A DNA stretch of 64,000 nucleotides from Halorarum halobium (GCF_032116555.1 NZ_CP134951.1:62001-126000), one strand, 5' to 3'; shown: positions 18,551-28,424, numbered from the stretch's first letter. Numbers and translations are program-made. The notes: generated by a model not told the origin, from the sequence alone.

Positions 18551-20041
18551 TCAGAACGGGTACTCGCGCGGCTCGTGCTGGATCGAGATCCACTTCGTCT
18601 CGGTCACCTCGTGCAGGAACTCGTCGCTGTTGTACCCGCCCATCCCGGAGGCGCCGGTGCCGCTGAAGGGAACGTGCGCCTCGTCGTTGATGGGCTGGTC
18701 GCCGATGTGGACCATGCCCGTCTCCATCCGGTCGGCGATCTCCCTCGCGGTCCCCAGGTCGCCCGCGTGGACCGAGCCCGAGAGCCCGTGCTCGGTGTCG
18801 TTGGCGAGTTCGACCGCCTCGTCCACGTCCGAGAACGGGATGACGGGCGCGACGGGGCCGAAGTGCTCGTTACACGCCGCGGCCATGTCGTTTGTCACCT
18901 CCGAGAGCACGGTCGGGGCGACGACGAGCGAGTCGTCGACGCCGTCGAGTTCGACCGTCTCCCCGCCCGTCTCCAGCGTCGCGCCCGCCTCGACGGTCTC
19001 CTCGACGTACCCCAGCATCTGGTCGCGCTGGGACTCGTCGATGATGGGGCCGACGACCGTCCCGGGGTCGTGGGCGGTGCCGACCGGGAGCGACTCCGCC
19101 CGGTCGACGAGGGCGTCGACGTACTCGTCGTAGGCGTCCTCGTGGACGAGATGGCGGTTGATGGAGATGCACACCTGGCCCTGGTGGACGAACGAGCCGA
19201 AGGTCGCGGCGTCGACCGCCCGGTCGAGGTCGGCGTCGGCGGTGACGACGTGGGCGTTGTTGCCGCCCAGTTCCATCGCCGGGGTGGCGAGGTTCTCGGC
19301 CGCCTTCGAGGCGACGCGCCGCCCGACGGGCGTCGAGCCGGTGAACGCGACGACGTCGCCGTGGCGGTGGCTCGCGACCGCGTCGCCGACGTCGGAGCCG
19401 CGGCCCGTGACGACGTTGAGCACGCCGTCCGGGAGACCCGCCTCCTCGGCGAGCTTCGCGAAGAGGAGTCCGCCCGTGATCGGCGTGTTCGACGCCGGCT
19501 TGACGACGACCGCGTTGCCGGCGGCGATGGCCGGCGCGACCGCCCGCATCGACAGGTTGAGCGGGAAGTTCCAGGGCGAGATGACGGTGACGACGCCCTT
19601 CGGGACGCGCTCGACGATGTTCTCCTTGCCGGGGACGTTCGAGCCCGCGTGCTCGCCCTTCATCCGGCGGGGGAGCGTCGCCGCCTCGGCGGCCTGGTCG
19701 GTGGCGATCTTGATCGACGTCTCGCCCATCGCGCGCGAGCCGCCCGCCTCGTACTCGAGCAGTTCGACGATCCCCTCCTTGTGCGCCTCCAGCCCGTCGA
19801 CGAACGCCTGCGCGGCCTGCTGCCGTCGGGCCGGGGGCGCGTCCGCCCACTCCTCGTGGGCCGCCTGCGCGGCCTCGTAGGCGTCGTCCACGTCCGACTC
19901 GACCGCGGCCGGGACCTGCGCGACCGTCTCGCGCGTCGAGGGGTCCTCGACGTCGATGGTCCCGTCGCCGGCCGATTCGACCCACTCGCCGTCGACGTAT
20001 AGGTCGTTCCAGTCGGCGTCTATCGAGATACTGTCTCCCAT
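18551..20041 (-). CDS. NAD(P)-dependent aldehyde dehydrogenase (benzaldehyde/vanillin dehydrogenase-like)
   Basis: ISPWNFP, FTGST, MELGGN, HQGQVCISINR, EHFGPV. Confidence 0.9.
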   Translation of the reverse strand: MGDSISIDADWNDLYVDGEWVESAGDGTIDVEDPSTRETVAQVPAAVESDVDDAYEAAQAAHEEWADAPPARRQQAAQAFVDGLEAHKEGIVELLEYEAGGSRAMGETSIKIATDQAAEAATLPRRMKGEHAGSNVPGKENIVERVPKGVVTVISPWNFPLNLSMRAVAPAIAAGNAVVVKPASNTPITGGLLFAKLAEEAGLPDGVLNVVTGRGSDVGDAVASHRHGDVVAFTGSTPVGRRVASKAAENLATPAMELGGNNAHVVTADADLDRAVDAATFGSFVHQGQVCISINRHLVHEDAYDEYVDALVDRAESLPVGTAHDPGTVVGPIIDESQRDQMLGYVEETVEAGATLETGGETVELDGVDDSLVVAPTVLSEVTNDMAAACNEHFGPVAPVIPFSDVDEAVELANDTEHGLSGSVHAGDLGTAREIADRMETGMVHIGDQPINDEAHVPFSGTGASGMGGYNSDEFLHEVTETKWISIQHEPREYPF

Positions 20042-20137
20042 GGCGTTCGGCGTTCGGACTCCAGCACAAAAACGGATGGGGCGAGAGCGGGGGAGCCGGC
20101 GTCGACCCGTCGTTCGGGGGGCGTCGAACCGCGCGGT

Positions 20138-21364
20138 TCAGTACCGCCCGATGGTGGCGATCGGCGGGCCGCCGCGCGGGCCGTACGGCGCGTCGTCGAG
20201 CCACTCGCCGGCGTCCTCGTAGTAGTCGGACAGCCCGGCGGCGGCCCGCTTCTTGAACTTCGTCACGACGCCGTCGCCCTGGAGGTACTCCAGCGCCTCG
20301 CCGGCGGCGTTCTTGTTCCACTCGGCGGCCGCCTCGCGCCGGGCGCCGTACAGTTCGACCTCTGCGCGGGCGACCCCGTCGCTCTCCGACCGCGCGGCGA
20401 CCGCGATGGCCGAGGCCGCCTCGTCGGCGTCGGCGATGCCGGAGTTCATCCCGCGCGCGCCGAACGGCGCGAACAGGTGGCCCGCCTCGCCGGCCAGCAG
20501 GACCCGCCGGTGTTCGTCGACGAACGAGTCGGCGGTCACCTGCTTGAACTGGTAGGAGGAGACCCAGTCGACCCGGTCGCGGTAGCGCTCGCCCAGCGTC
20601 TTTGCCACCATGTCGCTCACGACCGCGTCGCTCGCCAGCCGCTCGGGGTCGTCGGTCAGCTTGCACTGGATGTCGACGCGCCAGCCGCCCGTGAACGGCA
20701 CGAGCAGGACGTTCCGCCCGCCGACCTCGGGGTGGTCGTAGTGGAACACGCGTTCGTGTGCGCGCGGCTCGTCCGGGTGCTCGTCGACGTCGGCGATGAT
20801 GAACGAGTTCTCCGACTGGCTCCCCTCGAAGTTCGAGCCGATCTCCTTGCGGACCGTCGAGCCGGCCCCGTCGGCCCCGACGACGTACGGCGTCTCCCAC
20901 TCGCGGCCGTCCTCGGTCTCGACGCGGACGCCGTCGGGCTCCGACTCGACCGTCTCGACCGCCGAGTCCCAGTGGATCTCGACGTCGAGTTCCGCCAGCG
21001 CGTCCAGCAGGAACTCCTCGGTCTCGACCTGCGGCAGGCTGGTGAAGTGCGGGAGGTCGCCGGTGCCGCCCGGGCTGTCGTACGTGCGCGAGAACACCTC
21101 CTTCCCGCGGAACAGCGTCCGCCGGGTGGGCCACACCAGCCCCGCGTCGGCGAGCCGCTTGCCCAGCCCCTCGCGGTTGCGTTCGAGCGTGTGGAGCGTC
21201 GTGCCGTGGACGTAGATTGCCCGGCTCCCCGGCCGGTTGCGGCCCTCGGGCTCGGCTTCCAGGACGACGACCGGGACGCCCCGGGCCCGGAGCGCGAGCG
21301 CGGCGGTCATCCCCGTCGGCCCAGCGCCGGCTACGACGACCGGGTCGTGCTGACTCTCGGACAT
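20138..21364 (-). CDS. FAD-dependent aromatic monooxygenase (group A flavoprotein hydroxylase)
   Basis: VAGAGPTG, VVGADGAGSTVRK, LLAGEAGHLFAPFGARGMNSGIADA; start at MSESQH. Confidence 0.88.
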   Translation of the reverse strand: MSESQHDPVVVAGAGPTGMTAALALRARGVPVVVLEAEPEGRNRPGSRAIYVHGTTLHTLERNREGLGKRLADAGLVWPTRRTLFRGKEVFSRTYDSPGGTGDLPHFTSLPQVETEEFLLDALAELDVEIHWDSAVETVESEPDGVRVETEDGREWETPYVVGADGAGSTVRKEIGSNFEGSQSENSFIIADVDEHPDEPRAHERVFHYDHPEVGGRNVLLVPFTGGWRVDIQCKLTDDPERLASDAVVSDMVAKTLGERYRDRVDWVSSYQFKQVTADSFVDEHRRVLLAGEAGHLFAPFGARGMNSGIADADEAASAIAVAARSESDGVARAEVELYGARREAAAEWNKNAAGEALEYLQGDGVVTKFKKRAAAGLSDYYEDAGEWLDDAPYGPRGGPPIATIGRY

Positions 21365-21493
21365 ACTCGATACTCGGATAGGGGACCCAAAGCGGTTTTG
21401 GTTAGCGCACCCACGATCATCGGGAGCCGACACCCGCGGCCGGTACCGACCCGAAGAGCATGTTTTATGGTCGCACTCGCCGCCAGTTCCAGT

Positions 21494-22372
21494 ATGCGAT
21501 TCGTGACCTACGACGAGGGCCGCCTCGGCCTGCTCACCGACGACGGCGAGGGCGTCATCGACCTCTCCGACCGGCTCGGCATCGACTCGCGCGACCCGCT
21601 CGTCGCGTACATGCGGGGCGACTACGACGCGTCCCGGTACGCCGACGCAGAGCCCGACCACGACCGCGCGGCGGTCGACCTCGGCTCGCCGGTCCGCCGG
21701 CCGGGGAAGGTCATCGCCGCGCCGCTCAACTACGAGAACCACATCGAGGAGGCGCTCGCGGACCGGGACATCACCACCGAGGAGTGGTTCTCCATCGAGG
21801 ACAAGGGCTACTTCCTGAAAGCGCCCTCCAGCGTCGTCGGTCCGGACCACGGCGTCGAACTCCCGTTCTCGGACCGCCGGACGGACCACGAGATCGAACT
21901 CGCGTTCGTGATGGGCGAGGAGGCCAAGGACGTGTCCGCCGAGGAGGCGTGGGACCACGTCTTCGGCTACACCATCCTGCTCGACATCTCCGTGCGCGGC
22001 GACCAGGACCGCTCGAACCGGAAGTCCTACGACACGTTCACCGTCGTCGGCCCGTGCGTCGTGACGGCCGACGAGATCGACGACCCGCAGGACCTGGAGA
22101 TGGAACTGCAGCTCAACGGCGAGACGCGCCAGCGGGAGAACACGGGCGACATGGTGTACACCTGCGCGGACGTGGTGCAGTACGCCTCCATCGGCGCGAC
22201 GATCGAGGTCGGCGACGTGATCACCACCGGCACGCCGGAGGGCGTGAGCGAACTCCACGACGGCGACACGATCGACGCCGAGATCGAGGACGTGGGGTCG
22301 ATGACGGTCGACGTGACCGGGCGGGACGTGCGGTTCGCGGACGTGGACGTGGCGAAGGGCGGACAGGAGTAG
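21494..22372 (+). CDS. Fumarylacetoacetate-hydrolase family protein (fumaryl/maleylpyruvate hydrolase candidate)
   Basis: PGKVIAAPLNY, FLKAPSS, DHEIELA, KSYDTF, GDVITTGTPEGV; divergent from the monooxygenase. Confidence 0.88.
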   Translation: MRFVTYDEGRLGLLTDDGEGVIDLSDRLGIDSRDPLVAYMRGDYDASRYADAEPDHDRAAVDLGSPVRRPGKVIAAPLNYENHIEEALADRDITTEEWFSIEDKGYFLKAPSSVVGPDHGVELPFSDRRTDHEIELAFVMGEEAKDVSAEEAWDHVFGYTILLDISVRGDQDRSNRKSYDTFTVVGPCVVTADEIDDPQDLEMELQLNGETRQRENTGDMVYTCADVVQYASIGATIEVGDVITTGTPEGVSELHDGDTIDAEIEDVGSMTVDVTGRDVRFADVDVAKGGQE

Positions 22373-22422
22373 TTCAGGACGCCGTTTTCCTCGGGTTTCG
22401 TTTTCCGTCCGTCGCGTCGATT

Positions 22423-22510
22423 GCCTCGAACGCCCCTCGCGACTGTCGGCCTGCGCGGGACGCTCCGCGCTCCTCGGCCTTCGGCCTGCGGTGCTCCCCC
22501 TCGCGCGCGG
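22423..22510. repeat. Intergenic GC-rich REP/MITE-like element, copy 1
   Basis: Shares TCGAACGCCCC-CGCGRCTGTCGGC...CGCTSCGCGCT...CCCTCGCGCGCG with 28506-28640; internal GGCC-TTC-GGCC hairpin. Confidence 0.6.
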
Positions 22511-22681
22511 GCCGTCGAGGTGACGGCCGACGGCCTCCGCGACGTCGAGGGCGACCTGTGGACCGTGGACCGGGAGGAACTCCGGAATTCGGTCGGCGAG
22601 ACGCGCGAGCGCGTCGTCGGCCGCCACGGGCTCTGGTTCGCGTTCCGGACCCACTACGGGGAGACACACGTCCTCCGGTAG
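22511..22681 (+). pseudogene. Probable 3' gene remnant with no convincing start, ending ...RHGLWFAFRTHYGETHVLR
   Basis: Coding-like acidic, GC3-rich frame beginning right after the repeat element. Confidence 0.4.
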
Positions 22682-22743
22682 CGGGGACCGCATCGCGCGG
22701 GGGGAGGCTTTATGTCCGCGCGCGGACGACGGCGTGACAGACG

Positions 22744-23448
22744 ATGGCAATCCTCGAATTGGACGAGATCGACGTCGGATACGGGGCCGTGCAGGTCATC
22801 TGGGACGTGAGCCTCGACGTGGCGGAGGGGGAGACGGTCGCGCTGCTTGGCGCGAACGGCGCGGGGAAGACGACCGTGCTGAAGACGATCTGTGGCCCGC
22901 TCACGCCGATGGACGGCGACGTCCGCTTCAGGGGCGAGTCGATCGGCGGCCTCCAGCAGGACGAGGTGGTGCCCGAGGGCATCGCGCACGTCCCCGAGGG
23001 CCGCGAGATCTTCCACGATAGCTCCGTCGAGGAGAACCTCACGCTCGGCGCGTACGCGAACCGCGACGGGATGGCCGAGCGCCGCCGCGAGGTGTACGAC
23101 ATCTTCCCGCGGCTGGAGGAGCGCACCGGCCAGCGCGCGGGCACGCTCTCAGGGGGCGAACAGCAGATGCTCGCCATCGGCCGGGGGCTGATGTCCGACC
23201 CCGACCTCCTGCTGCTCGACGAGGCGAGCCTCGGGCTCGCGCCGGTGCTCGTCGACGACGTGTTCGACGCGATCGAGCGCATCAACGACGAGGGGACGAC
23301 CGTGCTCATCGTCGAACAGGACGTCCACAACGCGCTGCGGGTCGCCGACCGCGGCTACGTCCTCGAATCGGGTCGCGTGTCGCTGTCGGGGTCGGCCGAG
23401 GAACTCGCCGAGGACGAGCGCGTCGCCGCGTCGTATCTCGGCGGCTGA
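22744..23448 (+). CDS. livF: Branched-chain-type ABC ATPase (LivF-like)
   Basis: GANGAGKTT, HVPEGREIF, LSGGEQQMLAIGR. Confidence 0.9.
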   Translation: MAILELDEIDVGYGAVQVIWDVSLDVAEGETVALLGANGAGKTTVLKTICGPLTPMDGDVRFRGESIGGLQQDEVVPEGIAHVPEGREIFHDSSVEENLTLGAYANRDGMAERRREVYDIFPRLEERTGQRAGTLSGGEQQMLAIGRGLMSDPDLLLLDEASLGLAPVLVDDVFDAIERINDEGTTVLIVEQDVHNALRVADRGYVLESGRVSLSGSAEELAEDERVAASYLGG

Positions 23449-23572
23449 GCGGCCGAGCGCGCGCGGCGGCCGACGTGGAGCGACGGCGACCGCCGACGGC
23501 CCGCGAACGGCACACGAAGAACCGAGGACGGAACGAACGGACCGAAAAACTCGAACTTCTCGCCGGAGCGGG

Positions 23573-24619
23573 CTAGGCCCCTTCGGACCGCGACTCCTCG
23601 ACGTCCGACGGGGGCGTCTCCGTCTCCTCGTCGTCCGAGAGGTAGCGCCGTTCGACGAGCCCGTACAGCCCGCTCGGGACGAAGACGATGAACAGGATGA
23701 TGAGCAGTCCCTCGATCGTCGTCGCCAGCCCGCCCGCGACGGCGCGGAGTCCGGTGTCGAGCGCGAGGAACAGCCCCGCCCCGATGACGGGCCCGAGCAT
23801 CGTCCCCATCCCGCCGAGGATGACGACGACGAGCGTGTCGATCATCCAGACGACGTCCAGCGTCGACTCGGGGTTGACGTACAGCGTGAACTGCGCGTAG
23901 ATCGCGCCCGTCAGCCCGGCCATGAGCGAGGAGATCACGAACGCGTACATCTTGTACCGCAGCGGGTTGACGCCGAGGCTGCTCGCGGCACCCTCGTCGC
24001 CGTGGATGGCCCGCATCGCGAGCCCCCAGCGGCTCTCGATCACGAGGTACGCCGCGACCAGCATCCCGACGGTGACGACCAGCGCGAGGAGGTACATCGC
24101 GTCGGCCCCGATGCTGCCGTTGATGTAGTAGCCGGTCGAGCCGCCCGAGAACCGCCGCTGGTCGAGCAGCACCAGCTGGATGATCGCCGCCAGCGCCAGC
24201 GTCCCGATGGCGAAGTAGTGGCCCGTCAGCCGGAACATGATCGGGCCGGTGGCGAGCGCGAGCAGGCCGGCGGCGAGCGCGCCCCCGAGCAGCGAGACGA
24301 TCGCGACCGCCGCGGGTGAGCCGAGCGGGATGAGCTCGGGCAGCCCGGCGCGCGAGGGCGTCGTCAGCCACGCCGAGACGAACGCGCCGGTCCCGAAGAA
24401 GGCGGCGTGGCCCAGCGAGACCTGCCCGGCGTACCCCGCCAGCACGTTCCAGGAGATGCCGAGCATCGCGAACACCAGCCCGGTGAACACGATCTCGGTG
24501 ATGTAGGCGGTGGTGGTGAACGGCACGATCGCCAGGAGCGCCACCCCCACGGCGGCCAGCGCGAGCCGTCGCCGGTCGCCGGCGATCCCCTCGGCCGCGG
24601 CGCCGAACCGGTCCATCAT
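23573..24619 (-). CDS. livM: Branched-chain-type ABC permease (LivM-like)
   Basis: WNVLAGYAGQVSLGHAAFFG, YFAIGTLA, VILGGMGT. Confidence 0.9.
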   Translation of the reverse strand: MMDRFGAAAEGIAGDRRRLALAAVGVALLAIVPFTTTAYITEIVFTGLVFAMLGISWNVLAGYAGQVSLGHAAFFGTGAFVSAWLTTPSRAGLPELIPLGSPAAVAIVSLLGGALAAGLLALATGPIMFRLTGHYFAIGTLALAAIIQLVLLDQRRFSGGSTGYYINGSIGADAMYLLALVVTVGMLVAAYLVIESRWGLAMRAIHGDEGAASSLGVNPLRYKMYAFVISSLMAGLTGAIYAQFTLYVNPESTLDVVWMIDTLVVVILGGMGTMLGPVIGAGLFLALDTGLRAVAGGLATTIEGLLIILFIVFVPSGLYGLVERRYLSDDEETETPPSDVEESRSEGA

Positions 24620-25500
24620 TCGCCGTCACCCCCGCCGGTGCCGAACAGCCCCTGGGGCCGCACGACGAGCACGAGGAGGAAGATGGTGAAGCTGATGATG
24701 TCCCGGAAGCCGCCGCCGAGATACAGCGTCCCGAGGTTCTCGGAGACGCCGAGAACGAGCCCCCCGACGAGCGTCCCGGCGATGCTCCCGACGCCGCCGA
24801 GCACGACCACGGCGAACGCCTTCAGCAGGTACGACCACCCGACGAACGGGGTGATGGGGAACAGCATCGAGAGGAGCGCCCCGGCGGCCCCGGCGAGCGC
24901 CGTCCCGATGCCCAGCGTGATGACGTAGATGCGGTCGGTGTCGATGCCCATGTACCGCGCGGCGTCGCGGTTCTGTGCGGTCGCCCTGATGGCCCGCCCG
25001 GTCGTCGTGTACCGCAGGAACGCCCAGGTGGCGAGGATGAGCGCGACCGAGACGACGAACGTCACCGTCCGCGGGAACGAGAACAGCACCGGGCCGATCT
25101 CGAGGCTCTGTCCCGAGATGCCGACCTCGGCCGAGCGCGCGTCGCTCCCGAGCACGATGCGCCCGAGGCTCTGGAGCACGAGCGCGAGACCGAACAGCAC
25201 GATGATCGGCTGTTCGATCCCCTCGTCGACGACGCGGTCGAGCACGAGCACCTGGATGGCCATTCCGAGGACGAAAAGCAGCGCCATCGCGACGAACATC
25301 CCGATCAGCGGCGTGATCCCGGCGGCCGCGAACAGCAGGATGGCGACGTACGCGCCCAGCATGAGCATGTGCCCGTGCGCGAGGTTGACGATGTCCATGA
25401 TCCCGAACACGAGCGAGAGGCCCAGCGCGGCCACGGCGTAGATCCCCCCGAGGAGGAGCCCGTTGACCAGGATCTGTAAGACGAGTTCAGTCGGCGGCAT
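24616..25500 (-). CDS. livH: Branched-chain-type ABC permease (LivH-like)
   Basis: NGLLLGGIYA, NLAHG, VVLGGVGSI, RPQGLFG. Confidence 0.9.
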   Translation of the reverse strand: MPPTELVLQILVNGLLLGGIYAVAALGLSLVFGIMDIVNLAHGHMLMLGAYVAILLFAAAGITPLIGMFVAMALLFVLGMAIQVLVLDRVVDEGIEQPIIVLFGLALVLQSLGRIVLGSDARSAEVGISGQSLEIGPVLFSFPRTVTFVVSVALILATWAFLRYTTTGRAIRATAQNRDAARYMGIDTDRIYVITLGIGTALAGAAGALLSMLFPITPFVGWSYLLKAFAVVVLGGVGSIAGTLVGGLVLGVSENLGTLYLGGGFRDIISFTIFLLVLVVRPQGLFGTGGGDGE

Positions 25501-25551
25501 ACGTGTGAGTCGGTGGTTGGTGGGGCATATAAAACCGGGGTGGGGAGCGGG

Positions 25552-26802
25552 TTATCGCTCGCCCCAGGGCGTCATCGGGTACTCGAAGTCCATCGCGGCG
25601 TCGCCGTCGACGTCGGGGTAGACGGTGTGCTGGCCGCCGTCCCACCACTGGCCGGTCGGCGCGGTGAGTTCGCCCTCCGTCGGCAGCCCGTTGCTCTCGA
25701 AGGTGAAGTCGCCGATGACGGTCCCGAACTCCGTCTCCCGGAGCGCCGACTGGTACGCGCCGGGGTCGGTGGACTCGGCGGCCTGCGTGGCCTGCAGCGC
25801 GACCTGCGCGACGTTGTAGGCCCCGCCGACGGCGGTGGGGATGAGCTGCCCCTGATCGAGGCCGTACTCCGACTCGTAGGCGCTCTGCAGGTCCGTGTTG
25901 CCGTTCCCGGTCATGCCCGGGACCCAGCCCGGACACATGCAGGCGTACGCGCCCTTCTGGCCGAGCGCGGACCACCACGCCGTCGGGTCGGCCGCGCGGA
26001 CGTACTTCAGCACCTCCGGCGTGTAGTCGTTCGCCTGCATCTGGTTGATCGACGTGATCCCGCCCGGCGGCGTCGGGTTCGACAGGAGGATCTCGACCTC
26101 CTGGCTCTGCGACTGGGAGATGAGCGTCGAGAAGTCCTCCGAGCCGAGTGAGAACGTCTCGCGCAACACGACGTCGTAGCCCGCGTCCGAGAGCGTCGAC
26201 TCCCAGGCGTCGGCCTGTTCCGCGCCCCAGCCGGAGTTGGGCTCCCAGATGCCGACGCGGCTCGGCCGCTCGTCCTCGGGGATGAGTTCGAGTAGCCCCT
26301 GCGTGGAGCGGGCCACGTCGCGCGATTTGGGGAACGGCGAGTAGGTCCACTCGTACCCCTCGTTCCGGTGGGGGCCCTCGAAGGCGAAGAACGCGCCCAG
26401 GAACGGGATGCCCTGGTTCTCCGCGAACGCGCTCCCGGCCGTGACCAGCAGGCTGGAGAAGCTCCCCCAGATCATGTCGACGTCGTTGTTGCTGGTGATC
26501 TGCTGGAGGCTCTGGCGCACCTGATCGGCACTGCTCTCGTCGTCCTGGATGACGATCTCGACCTCCTGGTCCAGCTGGTCGTTCATCCGGGCGACCCCGA
26601 GTTCGTAGCCGCGCCGGACGTCCTGGCCCAGCGAGGAGAACGAGCCGGTCTCCGGGACCGTCGCCCCGATGGTGAGCGTGCCCGACCCGCCGGAGCCGCC
26701 GAAGGCCGTACAGCCGGCGAGCCCCGTCATGCCGGCCGCACCCGCGGCACCGACCGTTTTCAGGTACTGTCGTCTGGAGTTACCCGTAGCACTGTCTACC
26801 AT
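25552..26802 (-). CDS. ABC substrate-binding lipoprotein, LivK/PBP1 family, paralog 2
   Basis: SRRQYLK...LAGC; close paralog of 10813-12036. Confidence 0.88.
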   Translation of the reverse strand: MVDSATGNSRRQYLKTVGAAGAAGMTGLAGCTAFGGSGGSGTLTIGATVPETGSFSSLGQDVRRGYELGVARMNDQLDQEVEIVIQDDESSADQVRQSLQQITSNNDVDMIWGSFSSLLVTAGSAFAENQGIPFLGAFFAFEGPHRNEGYEWTYSPFPKSRDVARSTQGLLELIPEDERPSRVGIWEPNSGWGAEQADAWESTLSDAGYDVVLRETFSLGSEDFSTLISQSQSQEVEILLSNPTPPGGITSINQMQANDYTPEVLKYVRAADPTAWWSALGQKGAYACMCPGWVPGMTGNGNTDLQSAYESEYGLDQGQLIPTAVGGAYNVAQVALQATQAAESTDPGAYQSALRETEFGTVIGDFTFESNGLPTEGELTAPTGQWWDGGQHTVYPDVDGDAAMDFEYPMTPWGER

Positions 26803-27004
26803 GCTATGCGTCCTCATTACGCTCTCGTATGTAAAACCATGTGGTTCTTCTCCCCGTTTTCGCCCCGGAACGATGGTCCAGACCCCGCTCCACGACGGTG
26901 GTCGCACCGAGAAAGCAGCCGGAACGCCGGGACCGCGACGATCGGACGGTGCGATCGGAACGCTCCGATCCGGCCGCCGCGACCGGGCCGTTGCGACCCG
27001 GCCG

Positions 27005-28087
27005 CTACGAAGAGGGCTCGGCCTCGGCGTAGAAGTTGAACGCCTCGAGCACCGGCCGGTCGGTCATCCCCAGCAGGATCGCCTCCCCGTCCGGCTCGTG
27101 GTGGTGGATCTCGTCGGGCGGCACCACGAAGATGTCCCACTGGCCCCACTCGAGCGCCTCGTCGCCGACGTGGGTGGCGCCCTCGCCCTCGATGACGAAG
27201 TACACCTCCGTCGCGTTGTGGAAGTGCGGGTCGGTCGCCTCCTGGAGCAGCTGCGCGCGGAACGACATCGTCGGGAACAGCGGCTCCTTCCCGGTGGCCG
27301 GGTTGACGTACGCCAGGCTGTAGCCGTCGTGCGGGTCGGGCTCGTCGTTGTCGGCGCGCTGGCGCAGCGACTCGAGCATCTCGTCCCAGCCGAAGCGGTA
27401 CGGCGGCGTCGCCTCCCTGTTCCCCTCGAACGGGCCGGGGATGGTGCCGTCCCCCTTCTCGTCGGCCGGCCGGCCGCGGCCGTACTGGGAGTCCCAGTAG
27501 CCCTGCGTCTTCGTCACCGGCTGGCGTTCGAGCTCGTGGTTCTCGAACACCTGCTTCTTGTTCAGCGAGTCGAGGAACAGCGGCAGGTCGAGCACGTCGA
27601 GCCAGGCGGCCGTCTCGTCGGAGTCGTTGACGTGGTCGTGCCACTCCCACTGCGGGGTGGTGATGAGGTCGTTGTTCTCCATCGGGAACTCCTCGCCCGC
27701 CACGACCGTCTTCATCTCCTCGTTCCCGTCGATGGTGAACCGAAGGGCGTTGGCCGAGTGTCGGTGCGAGGGCGCGGTCTCGCCGGGCGAGACGGTCTGG
27801 ACGCCGACGTAGATGCTGTTCGAGATGGCGTTCTCGGTCCCGGTGTTGATGGGCACGGCGACGCGCCGCTGGAACCCCGGCGGCAGGTCGGCGATGGGAA
27901 CGTCCGACTCGACGCCGTCGATGGCGGCCTGGATGTCCTCCCAGTGCCAGATGTCCGTCTCCAGGTCGTCCATGACGTTGCCGAAGTCGTCCTCCACCTC
28001 CCAGAGCGGACGGAGGCCGTGTTCCTCGAGGATGCTCCGGGTCTCCGCACTGACCTCTAGGAGTTCCTCAGGGTCTTGCTGGGCCAT
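27005..28087 (-). CDS. gdoA: Gentisate 1,2-dioxygenase (bicupin)
   Basis: PGETAPSHRHSANALRF, TPQWEWHDH, WLDVLDLP and second cupin HFHNATEVYFVIEGEG; context of FAH, thioesterase and CoA ligase. Confidence 0.85.
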   Translation of the reverse strand: MAQQDPEELLEVSAETRSILEEHGLRPLWEVEDDFGNVMDDLETDIWHWEDIQAAIDGVESDVPIADLPPGFQRRVAVPINTGTENAISNSIYVGVQTVSPGETAPSHRHSANALRFTIDGNEEMKTVVAGEEFPMENNDLITTPQWEWHDHVNDSDETAAWLDVLDLPLFLDSLNKKQVFENHELERQPVTKTQGYWDSQYGRGRPADEKGDGTIPGPFEGNREATPPYRFGWDEMLESLRQRADNDEPDPHDGYSLAYVNPATGKEPLFPTMSFRAQLLQEATDPHFHNATEVYFVIEGEGATHVGDEALEWGQWDIFVVPPDEIHHHEPDGEAILLGMTDRPVLEAFNFYAEAEPSS

Positions 28088-28247
28088 GGACAATAGTTAG
28101 CACAGATTCGGCATAAGTGTATTGGACGGGCGAGCGGGCCGTCGCCCGGATTCGCGGCCCGTGAGGGCCGTCCTCGTCGGTATCCGTTCGATGCGTCGGG
28201 GGGTCGGCGCGGTTCGAATGCGGCGTTCGCGTCGCCCGGCTCGCGCG

Positions 28248-28424
28248 CTACGCCCGCACCTGGTCGTCGAACACGTCGCTCGATCGGAACACCGACCGGC
28301 AGTCCTCACAGACCATCTGCCCCTGGATGGCGTACTCCCAGAGCTTCCCCCCACACTGCAGGCAGTCGAAGTGCGCCTGGACGAACGGGTCGGCGTCCGA
28401 GTAGATGTTCTCGAAGTCGGCCAT
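28248..28424 (-). CDS. 58-aa zinc-ribbon microprotein (CxxC-x14-CxxC)
   Basis: Manual translation MADFENIYSDADPFVQAHFDCLQCGGKLWEYAIQGQMVCEDCRSVFRSSDVFDDQVRA; shorter than any ORF in the track. Confidence 0.8.
   Translation of the reverse strand: MADFENIYSDADPFVQAHFDCLQCGGKLWEYAIQGQMVCEDCRSVFRSSDVFDDQVRA

Noticed and set aside
20138..22750. 870-aa ORF suggesting a fused monooxygenase
   Set aside because: The N-terminal half is antisense to the FAH gene; the real start is 21364
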